Position numbers and translations under genes: made by a program. From positions 1 through 60,020 of IMG/VR virus record IMGVR_UViG_3300033513_000005: DNA of 60,020 nucleotides; one strand, written 5' to 3'. Positions 26,418 through 35,582 of this stretch are shown here, piece by piece. Under the pieces are notes generated by a model, which saw only the letters and a program-made list of their open reading frames with translations, was not told the origin of the DNA and did no database searches. The stretch is from a virus. Its lineage: Duplodnaviria; Caudoviricetes. Numbering within the stretch: position 1 is the first letter of the stretch; each line of letters begins with the position of its first letter.

Positions 26418-26726
26418 ATGCCTTCGTACAAAATTCCCCTCACTCCGGAACCCCAGCGGTTTGAAATCCAGCTTGGAAAGGTCACCTATTCAATTGGGTT
26501 GGAGTGGTGTGAACCGAATTTGAGTTGGATCCTGAACCTCTACAACGCGCAGGAAACCCCAATTCTGCAAGGAATACCGCTGGTGACAGGGGTTGACCTG
26601 TTTGAACAATACGAGTATCTGGGTCTAGGTGGGGGCTTGTACGCAACCACAAGCGGGGATCCGAATGCCCCGCCCACCTTTGAAAACCTTGGCACCTTGG
26701 GCCATCTTTACTTTGTGACGCCATGA
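26418..26726 (+). CDS. Small baseplate protein
   Basis: IPLTPEPQRF, GIPLVTGVDL..QY.YLG. Confidence 0.75.
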   Translation: MPSYKIPLTPEPQRFEIQLGKVTYSIGLEWCEPNLSWILNLYNAQETPILQGIPLVTGVDLFEQYEYLGLGGGLYATTSGDPNAPPTFENLGTLGHLYFVTP

Positions 26727-27712
26727 CCGCATACACGCAATGGATCCGCAAAGTAGGGCTCTTCATCACGAATCGTAGCGCAGCTCTACAAGGGCCTGGG
26801 GGCATTTCGGACGCCTCGGGAGAAGCTCTGGACTTGAGTGCTTTTCGTATCAAGTTCAGCGTTCACAATGCGGACATTGAGAGCCCCAACACTTGCACGG
26901 TGAGGGTCTACAACCTATCACCGTCTACCGTGAAACAGATTCGCGGGGAATATAGTTCACTAGTGCTTAACGCGGGCTACGAGAACGGGAATTACGGCGT
27001 CGTGTTCCAGGGCACGATTATGCAGATCAAGGTGGGCCGTGAGAATGCCACGGATAGTTTTCTGGATTTGTATGCTTCCGATGGTGACATTGGCTACAAC
27101 CAGGGAATTGTTAATGCTTCGCTAGCCCGGGGCACTCCTGCAGACCAAATCGCCCTTAAAGTTGCAAACTCGATGCCCGGACTCGGTACTGACTTCGGGT
27201 CATTAGCAACTCAGCCTGGAAACTTCCCCAGCATACGCGGAACGGTTCTCATGGGGATGGGGCGTGCTCGTCTTCGCAACATTGCTTCCAGCTTGGACAG
27301 CGGGTGGAGTATCCAGAACGGCAAAGTGACGTTCACCCCCAACACCGGGTATCAGGACGGTGAAGCGGTCGTGATTAACTCGACAACCGGAATGATTGGT
27401 ATGCCCGAACAAACAGATGGCGGTGTGCGGGTATTATGTCTGTTGAACAGCAGAATCCGAATTGGTGGAAGGGTTAAACTGAACAATTCCGAAATCAATC
27501 AGTTCGAGAACGCTAAATCCAACGCTGCGGGGATCTCTTACAATCAATGGTCAGGATTCCAACCAATTGCACCACTGAACGGCGATGGAATGTACCGCGC
27601 ATTCACGGTTGAGCATGAAGGGGACAACCGGGGAGGGCCCTGGTATACGCAATTGACATGCCTTGCAGTGAACGAGACCTCGGCCCCGAACGAATCGGTT
27701 GCCCCGCAATGA
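26723..27712 (+). CDS. Baseplate hub protein
   Basis: VRVYNLS, LNAGY, WSIQNG, TGMIGMP, GDNRGGPWY. Confidence 0.8.
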   Translation: MTAYTQWIRKVGLFITNRSAALQGPGGISDASGEALDLSAFRIKFSVHNADIESPNTCTVRVYNLSPSTVKQIRGEYSSLVLNAGYENGNYGVVFQGTIMQIKVGRENATDSFLDLYASDGDIGYNQGIVNASLARGTPADQIALKVANSMPGLGTDFGSLATQPGNFPSIRGTVLMGMGRARLRNIASSLDSGWSIQNGKVTFTPNTGYQDGEAVVINSTTGMIGMPEQTDGGVRVLCLLNSRIRIGGRVKLNNSEINQFENAKSNAAGISYNQWSGFQPIAPLNGDGMYRAFTVEHEGDNRGGPWYTQLTCLAVNETSAPNESVAPQ

Positions 27713-27713
27713 T

Positions 27714-28427
27714 ATGGATAGACTAGAACGTATCGACAGCCTTCCGGAAATGCTAATCGCCGCTATGCGGGGTTGGCAGTCTGATATCTGGACTGCCATT
27801 CCGGGCATCGTTAGCAAATTCAACGCCGACGAAATGACCTGTGAGGTACAGCCTAGCGTCCGATTCAAGATTCTGTATCCGGCGCTTGACACATACAGCA
27901 GTTCGACCATGATCATGGATCCGAGCGGCCAATGTGCATGGGATCAGATGCCCTTACTGCTGGATTGCCCCGTGGTGTTCCCGGGTGGTGGGGGTGTTAC
28001 CCTCACTTTCCCAATCAACCCCGGTGACGAGGTGTTAGTGATATTCGCGTCACGTTGCATTGACGCATGGTGGCAGCAGGGCGGTATCCAAAACCAAAGT
28101 ATGTTCCGGATGCATGACGCTAGCGATGGCTTTGTCATCCCGCAGGTTCGAAGCCAGCCCAGGAGATTCACTGTGGCCACAGGTGGGGCCCAGTTACGCA
28201 CGGATGATGGAACTTGTGTTCTCGAACTCAACCCCACAGCAAAGACGCTGAACATTACAGCCCCAGGTGGTTCAACAATCAATGCGAATGTTACCATCAA
28301 TGGGGACTTACATGTCACCGGGACTATTACCGGTGATGTGGATGTGGTTGGCGGCGGTAAGAGTTTGAAGACCCACGTTCACAGCGGTGTGACGCCGGGT
28401 GGCAGCAATACAGGGACGCCAGTATGA
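27714..28427 (+). CDS. Baseplate central spike (gp138/gpV-like)
   Basis: PVVFPGGGG, PGDEVLVIFASRCIDAWW, C-terminal KTHVHSGV iron-binding HxH. Confidence 0.88.
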   Translation: MDRLERIDSLPEMLIAAMRGWQSDIWTAIPGIVSKFNADEMTCEVQPSVRFKILYPALDTYSSSTMIMDPSGQCAWDQMPLLLDCPVVFPGGGGVTLTFPINPGDEVLVIFASRCIDAWWQQGGIQNQSMFRMHDASDGFVIPQVRSQPRRFTVATGGAQLRTDDGTCVLELNPTAKTLNITAPGGSTINANVTINGDLHVTGTITGDVDVVGGGKSLKTHVHSGVTPGGSNTGTPV

Positions 28428-28777
28428 AATATAGAAAATTGGATGTAAACGGTGATTACACCTTCGGTCTTCGTGACGGAAATTTTCATATCGACACGCC
28501 AGAAGCTGTAGCTCAGGCCGTTAAGACCCGCTTGGCTTTGATTCAAGGGGAGTGGTTTCTTGACGTCACTGCGGGAACCCCCTATAATTCACAAATACTG
28601 GGCGCTGGAACGCTGTCAAAGTATGACCAGGCAATCCAGGAAGTGATCCTCCAAACGAATGGGGTGATTAGGTTGACCGAATACAGTAGCGGGGTGAACC
28701 CTGTTACGCGGGCAGCTACGGTGAATTGTACGATCGACACTGTCTACGGGCAAGCGAACATTCAACAGTCAATCTGA
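28424..28777 (+). CDS. Baseplate wedge/sheath initiator (gp25-like)
   Basis: YRKLD..GDYTFG, AVAQAVKTRL...GEWFLD. Confidence 0.8.
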   Translation: MKYRKLDVNGDYTFGLRDGNFHIDTPEAVAQAVKTRLALIQGEWFLDVTAGTPYNSQILGAGTLSKYDQAIQEVILQTNGVIRLTEYSSGVNPVTRAATVNCTIDTVYGQANIQQSI

Positions 28778-28778
28778 T

Positions 28779-29969
28779 ATGGCTACGACATACCCGCTTG
28801 CAACCCTTGCCCCCGTGGTGGATACGACGGGTATTTCCATCCCCACGTATAACGACGTCTACCAGAGCTTGTTGGCCATCTTTCGTTCCATTTACGGCTC
28901 AGACATTTACGTTGAGCCCGATTCGCAGGACGGCCAGTGGATCGCGGCAATGGCGCTCGCAATCTCGAACAGCAACCAGTCCGCAGTCGCGGTCTTCAAC
29001 GCCTTCTCTCCAAGCTACGCACAGGGGGCGGGTTTGTCGTCGCTGGTGAAGCTCAACGGTATCACGCGGAAGATTGCAACCAACTCCACCGCACAGGGAA
29101 CGGTGGTGGGGCAGGCTGGCACGGTGATTACCTCTGGTGTAGTCAAAGACGCCAATGGCAACCTGTGGGACCTCCCCACCCCCACCACCATCCCTCTGTC
29201 CGGATCCATCAGCGTTACCGTGACCGCACAGAAGACCGGTAATCTGTCCGCTGGGGTGGGCGAGATCAACTCTATTTTCAACCCACAACTTGGCTGGCAG
29301 AGTTTCTCGAACACCTCCGCCGCGGTTCCGGGTGCTGCTGTTGAAACCGATGCGGAGCTGCGGGTGCGCCAGCAGCAGTCAACCGCCATCCCCGCACAAA
29401 CCATTCTGGCGTCCATTTTGGCTGCAATTGCCAACGTTGACGGAGTGACCCGTTACGCAATCTATGAAAACGACACCGGGGTAACTGACGGCAACGGTTT
29501 GCCCGCCCATAGCTTCAGTGCTGTGGTATACGGCGGGGTAAGCTCCGCAATAGCGGAGGCCATCGCCCTACGGAAGACTGTAGGATCCCAAACCTACGGC
29601 ACGACAAGCGTGGCGGTTGTTGACCAATACGGTCTAACGACGACAATCAACTATTTCCAGTTGGCACTGACAAGCATTTATTTCGACGTGACCATTAAGG
29701 CTCTGCCTGGTTACGTTGCGAGCACTGGTGACGCGATCAAGGCCGCATTGGCGGATTTCGTGAACGGGCTTGACATTGGTGAAGATGTGTACGTATCCCA
29801 AGCTCAAGCTGCCGCACAGCTGATCGGACTTGGTATCGGCCAGACCTTCTACCTCACTGATTTCAAACTCGGCACATCACCAGCCCCCGTCGGAACTACC
29901 AACATCGCAATCACGTTCAACTCCGCTGCAAACAGCTCAGCGGCTAACGTTACCCTGACGGTGACATAA
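28779..29969 (+). CDS. Baseplate J-like wedge protein
   Basis: IYGSDIY..PDSQDGQ, ETDAELR, HSFSAVVYGG. Confidence 0.88.
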   Translation: MATTYPLATLAPVVDTTGISIPTYNDVYQSLLAIFRSIYGSDIYVEPDSQDGQWIAAMALAISNSNQSAVAVFNAFSPSYAQGAGLSSLVKLNGITRKIATNSTAQGTVVGQAGTVITSGVVKDANGNLWDLPTPTTIPLSGSISVTVTAQKTGNLSAGVGEINSIFNPQLGWQSFSNTSAAVPGAAVETDAELRVRQQQSTAIPAQTILASILAAIANVDGVTRYAIYENDTGVTDGNGLPAHSFSAVVYGGVSSAIAEAIALRKTVGSQTYGTTSVAVVDQYGLTTTINYFQLALTSIYFDVTIKALPGYVASTGDAIKAALADFVNGLDIGEDVYVSQAQAAAQLIGLGIGQTFYLTDFKLGTSPAPVGTTNIAITFNSAANSSAANVTLTVT

Positions 29970-30625
29970 TGAGCGGTGATGTTACCCCTTACGTCAGTAA
30001 AATCACGTCCGAACATGCGGACAAACCAAAACTGATTGAAACGGTTTCATCTACCGTACAGCCCAGCGCGGATTTAGTGGCGCTCTATTCACAAATCCCC
30101 AGTCTGTATGACCTGGACGTGGCAGAGGGAAACCAGTTGGATGTGATAGGGCAATGGGTCGGTTTGAGCCGAAACCTCACTGCCCCGTTGACTGGTGTTT
30201 ACTTTGCGCTTGACAGTGCGACAACGGGGTTTGATGCAGGGGTATGGCAGGGGCCTTATGATCCATCCACTGGAATCGTGGCACTGCCGGACGACTACTA
30301 TCGGCTGGCACTCCGTGCACGAATCGTGAATAATTCATGGGATGGCACAAAAGAACATTTCTATGCACTTGCTCAGGATTTGTTCGGCCCTTCCGGGTAC
30401 ACCTATTACATCGAGGATTTGGGCAATCTCACCATCAATATCGGCCTATTGGGGCCGAATACTCCACCCCCAATGTTGACGGCGCTCCTAAATAGCGGGG
30501 CGCTTGATGTCAAACCCGTTACAATAACGATCAACAGCCGTGTTGCACAGCAAGGCCCAATCTTCTCGTTCGACGTAAATTCCCTGCTTTTTGCAGGATT
30601 TGACGATGCATTCTGGGCCAATTAG
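29969..30625 (+). CDS. Baseplate wedge protein (DUF2612-type)
   Basis: ITSEHADKP, DLDVAEGNQLDVIGQWVG, LPDDYYR. Confidence 0.82.
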   Translation: MSGDVTPYVSKITSEHADKPKLIETVSSTVQPSADLVALYSQIPSLYDLDVAEGNQLDVIGQWVGLSRNLTAPLTGVYFALDSATTGFDAGVWQGPYDPSTGIVALPDDYYRLALRARIVNNSWDGTKEHFYALAQDLFGPSGYTYYIEDLGNLTINIGLLGPNTPPPMLTALLNSGALDVKPVTITINSRVAQQGPIFSFDVNSLLFAGFDDAFWAN

Positions 30626-30642
30626 ACCAGTGGAGTATATCA

Positions 30643-31752
30643 ATGGCAAATGACTTTCAACCCTTTGCAAACGGCGGAGCTGCCAACGTAGTTAGCCAGG
30701 CCACTTATGTGAGCCTTCTTGCGGGGGCTCTGGCTAACGGTTTCCAAAGCGGTACCGCAGCGAGCAACCAACTGAACAAGGTGTGGCGTCAAAGCTCCAT
30801 CATGTCCGCAGTTCTTGCTCAGTACATCAGTGACCTGACTGGTGCCGATTCCATCGACGATGGGACAACCGCTACCCTTCTGGCCAATCTGAAGATCGCT
30901 GCGCAGAAATCGGCCGACACGTGGCTGGGCGGCGGCTTCAAGAAGCCTGTTCGTGTGGCCACAACTGCGAATATCGCAAACCTTGCAACCGGGGCTCCGA
31001 ACACCCTTGACGGGGTGACACTCGCTGCGAACGACCGCGTTCTCGTCAAAGACCAGACCACTGCCAGCCAGAATGGCCTCTACTACGTTGTCACTCTCGG
31101 CACCGGTGTCAATGGCACATGGGGACGGGTGTTGGATGCCGATGTGTCTGGTGAATTGACGTCAGGTACATTGGTGGCGGTAAGTGAGGGTGTCGTCAGC
31201 GGTGCTAGCGTCTGGCAACTTACCACGACGGGGACCATCATCATCGGCACTACGGGCTTGGCATTTGCTCGGAAAGATTCTGGGGCATCTAGCAACTCCG
31301 GTAAAGTTGCCCAGGTTGTATCCACGTATACTGGAACAGTAGCCACGGGGACTACGACTGTTCCGAACGACAACACAATTCCTCAGAATACCGAAGGTGA
31401 TCAGTATATGTCTGTCACGATCACTCCGGTGAACGCTGGCAGCAAACTAGTTATCGAATCCCAGGCTTTCTTAAGCCATAGTGTCGGGACACAGATGGTG
31501 ATGGCTCTTTTCCAGGACGCAATTACCGGGGCCCTTCGAGCTTCCAATTTTAGCGGTATCGGAAGCCAGAACCCCATAGGATTGACGGTGTCACACGAAA
31601 TGGCCGCTGGGACGACTTCCCCAATTACTTTTAAAATCAGAGCGGGTTGCAACAATGCAGGAACCACAGGTTTCAACGGCTCAAGCTCAGGTGGCCAGAT
31701 ATTAGGGGGAGTGCTCAATTCGTTTATTCGCGTGACGGAAATCTTACCCTAA
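30643..31752 (+). CDS. Tail fibre protein
   Basis: MANDFQPFA...NKVWRQ attachment domain; VRVATTANI, DRVLVKDQT...NGLY domain; beta-rich C-terminus. Confidence 0.85.
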   Translation: MANDFQPFANGGAANVVSQATYVSLLAGALANGFQSGTAASNQLNKVWRQSSIMSAVLAQYISDLTGADSIDDGTTATLLANLKIAAQKSADTWLGGGFKKPVRVATTANIANLATGAPNTLDGVTLAANDRVLVKDQTTASQNGLYYVVTLGTGVNGTWGRVLDADVSGELTSGTLVAVSEGVVSGASVWQLTTTGTIIIGTTGLAFARKDSGASSNSGKVAQVVSTYTGTVATGTTTVPNDNTIPQNTEGDQYMSVTITPVNAGSKLVIESQAFLSHSVGTQMVMALFQDAITGALRASNFSGIGSQNPIGLTVSHEMAAGTTSPITFKIRAGCNNAGTTGFNGSSSGGQILGGVLNSFIRVTEILP

Positions 31753-31797
31753 TCCATGTTAGGGTGTTAACTATTGATTGTTTCGTATAGGTCTAAC

Positions 31798-32061
31798 ATG
31801 GGTCTGATTGATCAAAATCTATTCAATATTGTTGTTGGCATTGCAGGAGCTCTTGGCGGATGGTGGCTCAAAGCAATGCGGGAGTCCCTCAAAGAACTTC
31901 AGCAAGCCGACACACTTCTCGTTGACCGCGTGTCGGCAATGGAGGTTCTAGTGGCTGGAACCTATGTGAGGAGAGACGACCTCGAAAAGCTGGCAGACGC
32001 AATATTCAAGAAGCTTGACAGGATTGAGGACAAAGTCGATCTTAAGCAAGATAAGGCTTGA
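31798..32061 (+). CDS. Putative holin-like membrane protein
   Basis: N-terminal TM plus coiled coil, directly before the endolysin. Confidence 0.55.
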   Translation: MGLIDQNLFNIVVGIAGALGGWWLKAMRESLKELQQADTLLVDRVSAMEVLVAGTYVRRDDLEKLADAIFKKLDRIEDKVDLKQDKA

Positions 32062-32064
32062 AAC

Positions 32065-32523
32065 ATGATTTCCAGCCGCAAGATTGATGACCTGTCTCCC
32101 CCTGCGCGGATTCGTGCAATTCGTTTTTGTGATGAATGCGCGAAACGAGGGATTGACGTCTTAATCTACTGCACATACCGGGACAATGAGGCGCAGGCTG
32201 CCCTGTACGCGCGGGGGCGCACCGTGAAAGGTTCCAACCCCAGGTTGCTCAAGCCTATGGGTGATATCGTTACGAATGCGAAACCCGGCGAAAGTTGGCA
32301 CAATTGGCGAGCAGCGTTCGATTTTGTTCCCATGGTCAATGGTAAGCCTGCCTGGAATGATACCAAGCTGTTCCAGCAGTGTGGCGAGGTAGGTGAGTCC
32401 GTGGGGCTTGAATGGGCAGGGAGGTGGCGCGGATCCCTACGCGAGACTGGCCACATGCAGTACACCGGCGGGCTTACGATTGCCCGGATGCGGGCGGGCG
32501 CATCTTTGGAGAGTATGGCATGA
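32065..32523 (+). CDS. Endolysin, peptidase M15 (L-Ala-D-Glu peptidase-like)
   Basis: TYRD..AQAALYARGRT, SWHNWRAAFD, LEWAGRW, ETGHMQ. Confidence 0.9.
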   Translation: MISSRKIDDLSPPARIRAIRFCDECAKRGIDVLIYCTYRDNEAQAALYARGRTVKGSNPRLLKPMGDIVTNAKPGESWHNWRAAFDFVPMVNGKPAWNDTKLFQQCGEVGESVGLEWAGRWRGSLRETGHMQYTGGLTIARMRAGASLESMA

Positions 32524-33125
32524 ACGATTTTCTTCAGAAGGTTCTTCCGTGGCTGGGCGCCGCTGCAACAGGGGGTGTCCCCGCACTTGTGGTCATGGCT
32601 GCAAAAACTGTCAGTGAGGCTCTGGGCGCGGACATCAAACCGGAAGCAGGGGCTATCGCATCCGCTGTTGCGGGCGCCACCCCTGAGCAGATTGCAGCCC
32701 TGAAAGACAAGGATAATGAATTCATGCTCCGTATGCAGGCGCTCGGATTCCAGAACACCCAGGAAATGGCCAAGCTCGCTTTGCAGGCCGACGCTGCTAC
32801 CATGGCGGATGTGCAGGACGCCCGCGCCAAGCACGCCCAGAACGCCAACGTCTTTCGTCTTGGGGTAGTCATCCTTTTGACTTTTGCGATAATGGTCGCC
32901 CTTTCTCTGTGGGGATCCTACCTCCTGTTGTCCGGGGGCATCACGGTCAAAGATGTGGGCATCGTTGCTGCGGTGTTCGGTTTCCTGGGGAGTCTTGTGG
33001 GCTATGCGGCCGCCAACGCTCAGCAAGTTGTGAGCTTCTTCTTCGGTTCCTCCAAGGGAAGTAGCGACAAGACCGACACTCTTGCCAAAGCATTGGCCGC
33101 CCTCGGCAACTCCACAAAGAAATGA
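32520..33125 (+). CDS. Putative holin or lysis membrane protein
   Basis: DVQDAR motif, two to three TM segments, VVSFFFGSS.GS..K. Confidence 0.65.
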   Translation: MNDFLQKVLPWLGAAATGGVPALVVMAAKTVSEALGADIKPEAGAIASAVAGATPEQIAALKDKDNEFMLRMQALGFQNTQEMAKLALQADAATMADVQDARAKHAQNANVFRLGVVILLTFAIMVALSLWGSYLLLSGGITVKDVGIVAAVFGFLGSLVGYAAANAQQVVSFFFGSSKGSSDKTDTLAKALAALGNSTKK

Positions 33126-33138
33126 TCCTTTGTGGATT

Positions 33139-33165
33139 GGTGTGGAGGCTGGTCCCCTCCACACC
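33139..33165. terminator. Hairpin at the convergence of the two transcription arms
   Basis: GGTGTGGAGG-7 nt-CCTCCACACC. Confidence 0.55.
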
Positions 33166-33258
33166 TTGCGCACAGGTTAGAAATGGCCTGTGCGTCTTTT
33201 TATCAGTTGGCATAGGGCGACAATAAATAAAGCACTGCCTCCACTGCAAATCAGGCGG

Positions 33259-33555
33259 TCAGGATGCGTCGGAACATTGGCGCTCCTGTGCTAGTTTGCG
33301 CTGGAAGTTAGTCACCCAGCCTGCGAAATCGTTCACGTTGCCATGATACGTTTTTCCCTTGTGTTGCCACGTATTGCTCCCGGGGTAATACATGACTGCC
33401 CCTCGTTCCGTGTCAACACGGAAAACGTTCTTGCTCTGCTCCCGAGCAAGAATTCCAAGTTTCGCCAACGCTTCCGCGTTCGCTACGGTTCGCTTTTCGC
33501 GCCGCTCTTTCATGTGCTCCCGGTGATCCCGGAAAGCGTCGCCCATATCACCCAT
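33259..33555 (-). CDS. Hypothetical protein
   Basis: AAGGAG RBS before MGDMGDAF; YYPGSNTW motif. Confidence 0.7.
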   Translation of the reverse strand: MGDMGDAFRDHREHMKERREKRTVANAEALAKLGILAREQSKNVFRVDTERGAVMYYPGSNTWQHKGKTYHGNVNDFAGWVTNFQRKLAQERQCSDAS

Positions 33556-33668
33556 TACAAGCTCCTTTCTGTGTTGCTGCGGGTTGTGTATTGCCAGCAG
33601 GGGCCGCGATCGCAACCCTGCCACTAGCTGTGTACAGGGGGTGCTGATCTCGGCCCCTTCCGCCTTTC

Positions 33669-33971
33669 TCACCACGTATAAAATCCAGTGCAGACGCCAA
33701 GATAGCCACCGGTGGAGTTGGGTCGGCGAATGAGTTCGCTGAGGTTAATGCAGCCCACCCAGCGGCCCCATGCTTCAACGTAGAATACCACGTAGTCAGC
33801 CATCGGGGCATCCTTGCGTTGGTCACGGTCAAAATGAGTAGCGGCGTGCTGGGCCATTGCAGCGGTCGCCTTTTCAGCAGCAGCTTGCGTGGCGTAGTTC
33901 TTGCAAGGGTTCTTGTTTTCCTTGCGGTATGCTTCGATCCGGGCGGTAAGGTCGTTAATGATGTTTGCCAT
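33669..33971 (-). CDS. Hypothetical protein under its own promoter
   Basis: AGGAG RBS, TATAAT upstream. Confidence 0.75.
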   Translation of the reverse strand: MANIINDLTARIEAYRKENKNPCKNYATQAAAEKATAAMAQHAATHFDRDQRKDAPMADYVVFYVEAWGRWVGCINLSELIRRPNSTGGYLGVCTGFYTW

Positions 33972-33978
33972 TTCGTTC

Positions 33979-34036
33979 TCCTATTGCGTTGCAGATGAAA
34001 AATTATAGGACGAATTATTCCTGCAACGCAATAGGA
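33979..34036 (-). promoter_or_regulatory. Promoter enclosed by a 16-bp perfect inverted repeat
   Basis: TCCTATTGCGTTGCAG-26 nt-CTGCAACGCAATAGGA; TTGCGT...TATAAT on the - strand. Confidence 0.65.
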
Positions 34037-34051
34037 TACAAAAGCGAAGGG

Positions 34052-35503
34052 TTATTCCTTCTCTTCGATGGTCACCAACGCGGTCTTGGCCCGGGTCGTT
34101 GCAACATAGCAGAGGTTCGCTTCTTGCTGCTGTTGCCACGGTTGGCGGGCCCACTTGCTGGGGCATTGCGAGCGGTTGAGCCAGAACACCGTGTCCGCCT
34201 CCAAACCCTTTGCCTTGTGAATGGTGCTGAGTACGGTGGCCGCACCCGTGGAGGTGAAGAGTTTGTCAATCACAGCGGTCAGGTCTGCCACCGCATGTTG
34301 GCCATCATCCATACCGTCAGCAATGCAGCGGATGGCAGAACACTGGTCTGCGATTCGGTCCATCTTGGCTTCGTCGCCTTTAGCGCGAGCCTTCTCCAGC
34401 TCACGCTCCTCGTATTGCGCCAGTTTTTCCAGCAACTGGTCAACCGTTTGCACCTTCATCTTCTGGCACAGCTTCACCAGCCCTTGCCCGATCTCGCGGC
34501 CAAGAATACGGACGGGGACACGATTGCGGAGCATCTTAAAGCCGAGAGCGATAAGTGGGCGGGTCGTACGACAGACAACCAAATCACCAGCTTTGAAGTC
34601 GGAGACCCTCCAGTCGTTACCCATATGCATCACAATGCCCTCAGGCGCCCCGGGTGCCGCCTCAATATGGCTCACCCACTGCTGCGCGTACTTGACCACA
34701 GCGGTCGGGCAACGGTACGTTACGGTCAGCGGCAGGCGTTCACAATTGAACTCATTCGCAATCAGGTTCAGCGAATTGCTGTCAGCACCCCTGAAACCGT
34801 AGATGGCCTGTGCGGGGTCACCCACTGCAATAATGCGGGAGCGCGGACCCATGATCTTCCGCAGAATGGCACGCTGGATGGCATTGGTGTCTTGGGCCTC
34901 GTCAACGAACACCACTGCGAAGGTGGGCAACTTAATGCCGTCCTTGACTGCCAGATACAGCATGTCGTCGAAATCAACCATCGGAGACGCGTTGCTGTGG
35001 TCAAGCAGCCCCATAGACAGCTTGATCCCGGTGTCCAGATCCGCTTCTTCGTTGTCGGTTTCCAGGTCATGCAAGATCACGATATCCAGCCATGTCTGAT
35101 ACGTGTCGGGGAGCAGGCAGCCCACTCCGACCTGCTTGGCGAGGCCAACCAGACGAGTGATAAACGAACCGTAGAGACGGCGCTGATCACCGGTGTAGTT
35201 AGCGTCAATGAGTTTGCGGAGCTTGTCAGCGTCAACTGTAGCAGCTCCCCGCGACTTCAGGACGGGACTGTATGTGAGCGAATGGAAGGTACGTGCGTTG
35301 ACCCCGCGTCCCTTGAGTTCATCAGCGATCGTTTTATTGAAGGCCAGAAAGATGGTGGACTGCGTAGCGGGTACGCGGTTCATACCTTCAATAATGGTGG
35401 TAGACTTGCCGCTACCTGCGACAGCCTCGATCAAAGCGTTCCCGTGACCCTGCTCGATGAACGAAAAGATATTCTGTTGATAGTCGGACCAGTTGCGTGT
35501 CAT
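34052..35503 (-). CDS. UvrD/Rep-like SF1 DNA helicase
   Basis: AVAGSGKS, FVDEAQD, VGDPAQAIYGFRGA, TYRC, STIHKAKGLE, YVATTRA. Confidence 0.95.
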   Translation of the reverse strand: MTRNWSDYQQNIFSFIEQGHGNALIEAVAGSGKSTTIIEGMNRVPATQSTIFLAFNKTIADELKGRGVNARTFHSLTYSPVLKSRGAATVDADKLRKLIDANYTGDQRRLYGSFITRLVGLAKQVGVGCLLPDTYQTWLDIVILHDLETDNEEADLDTGIKLSMGLLDHSNASPMVDFDDMLYLAVKDGIKLPTFAVVFVDEAQDTNAIQRAILRKIMGPRSRIIAVGDPAQAIYGFRGADSNSLNLIANEFNCERLPLTVTYRCPTAVVKYAQQWVSHIEAAPGAPEGIVMHMGNDWRVSDFKAGDLVVCRTTRPLIALGFKMLRNRVPVRILGREIGQGLVKLCQKMKVQTVDQLLEKLAQYEERELEKARAKGDEAKMDRIADQCSAIRCIADGMDDGQHAVADLTAVIDKLFTSTGAATVLSTIHKAKGLEADTVFWLNRSQCPSKWARQPWQQQQEANLCYVATTRAKTALVTIEEKE

Positions 35504-35582
35504 GTTGCTCTCCAGTGTGCTGCGGATGACGTATTATGCACAGAATTGTTCTTGTCAAGCAATACTGGACTAATTCGTAGGG

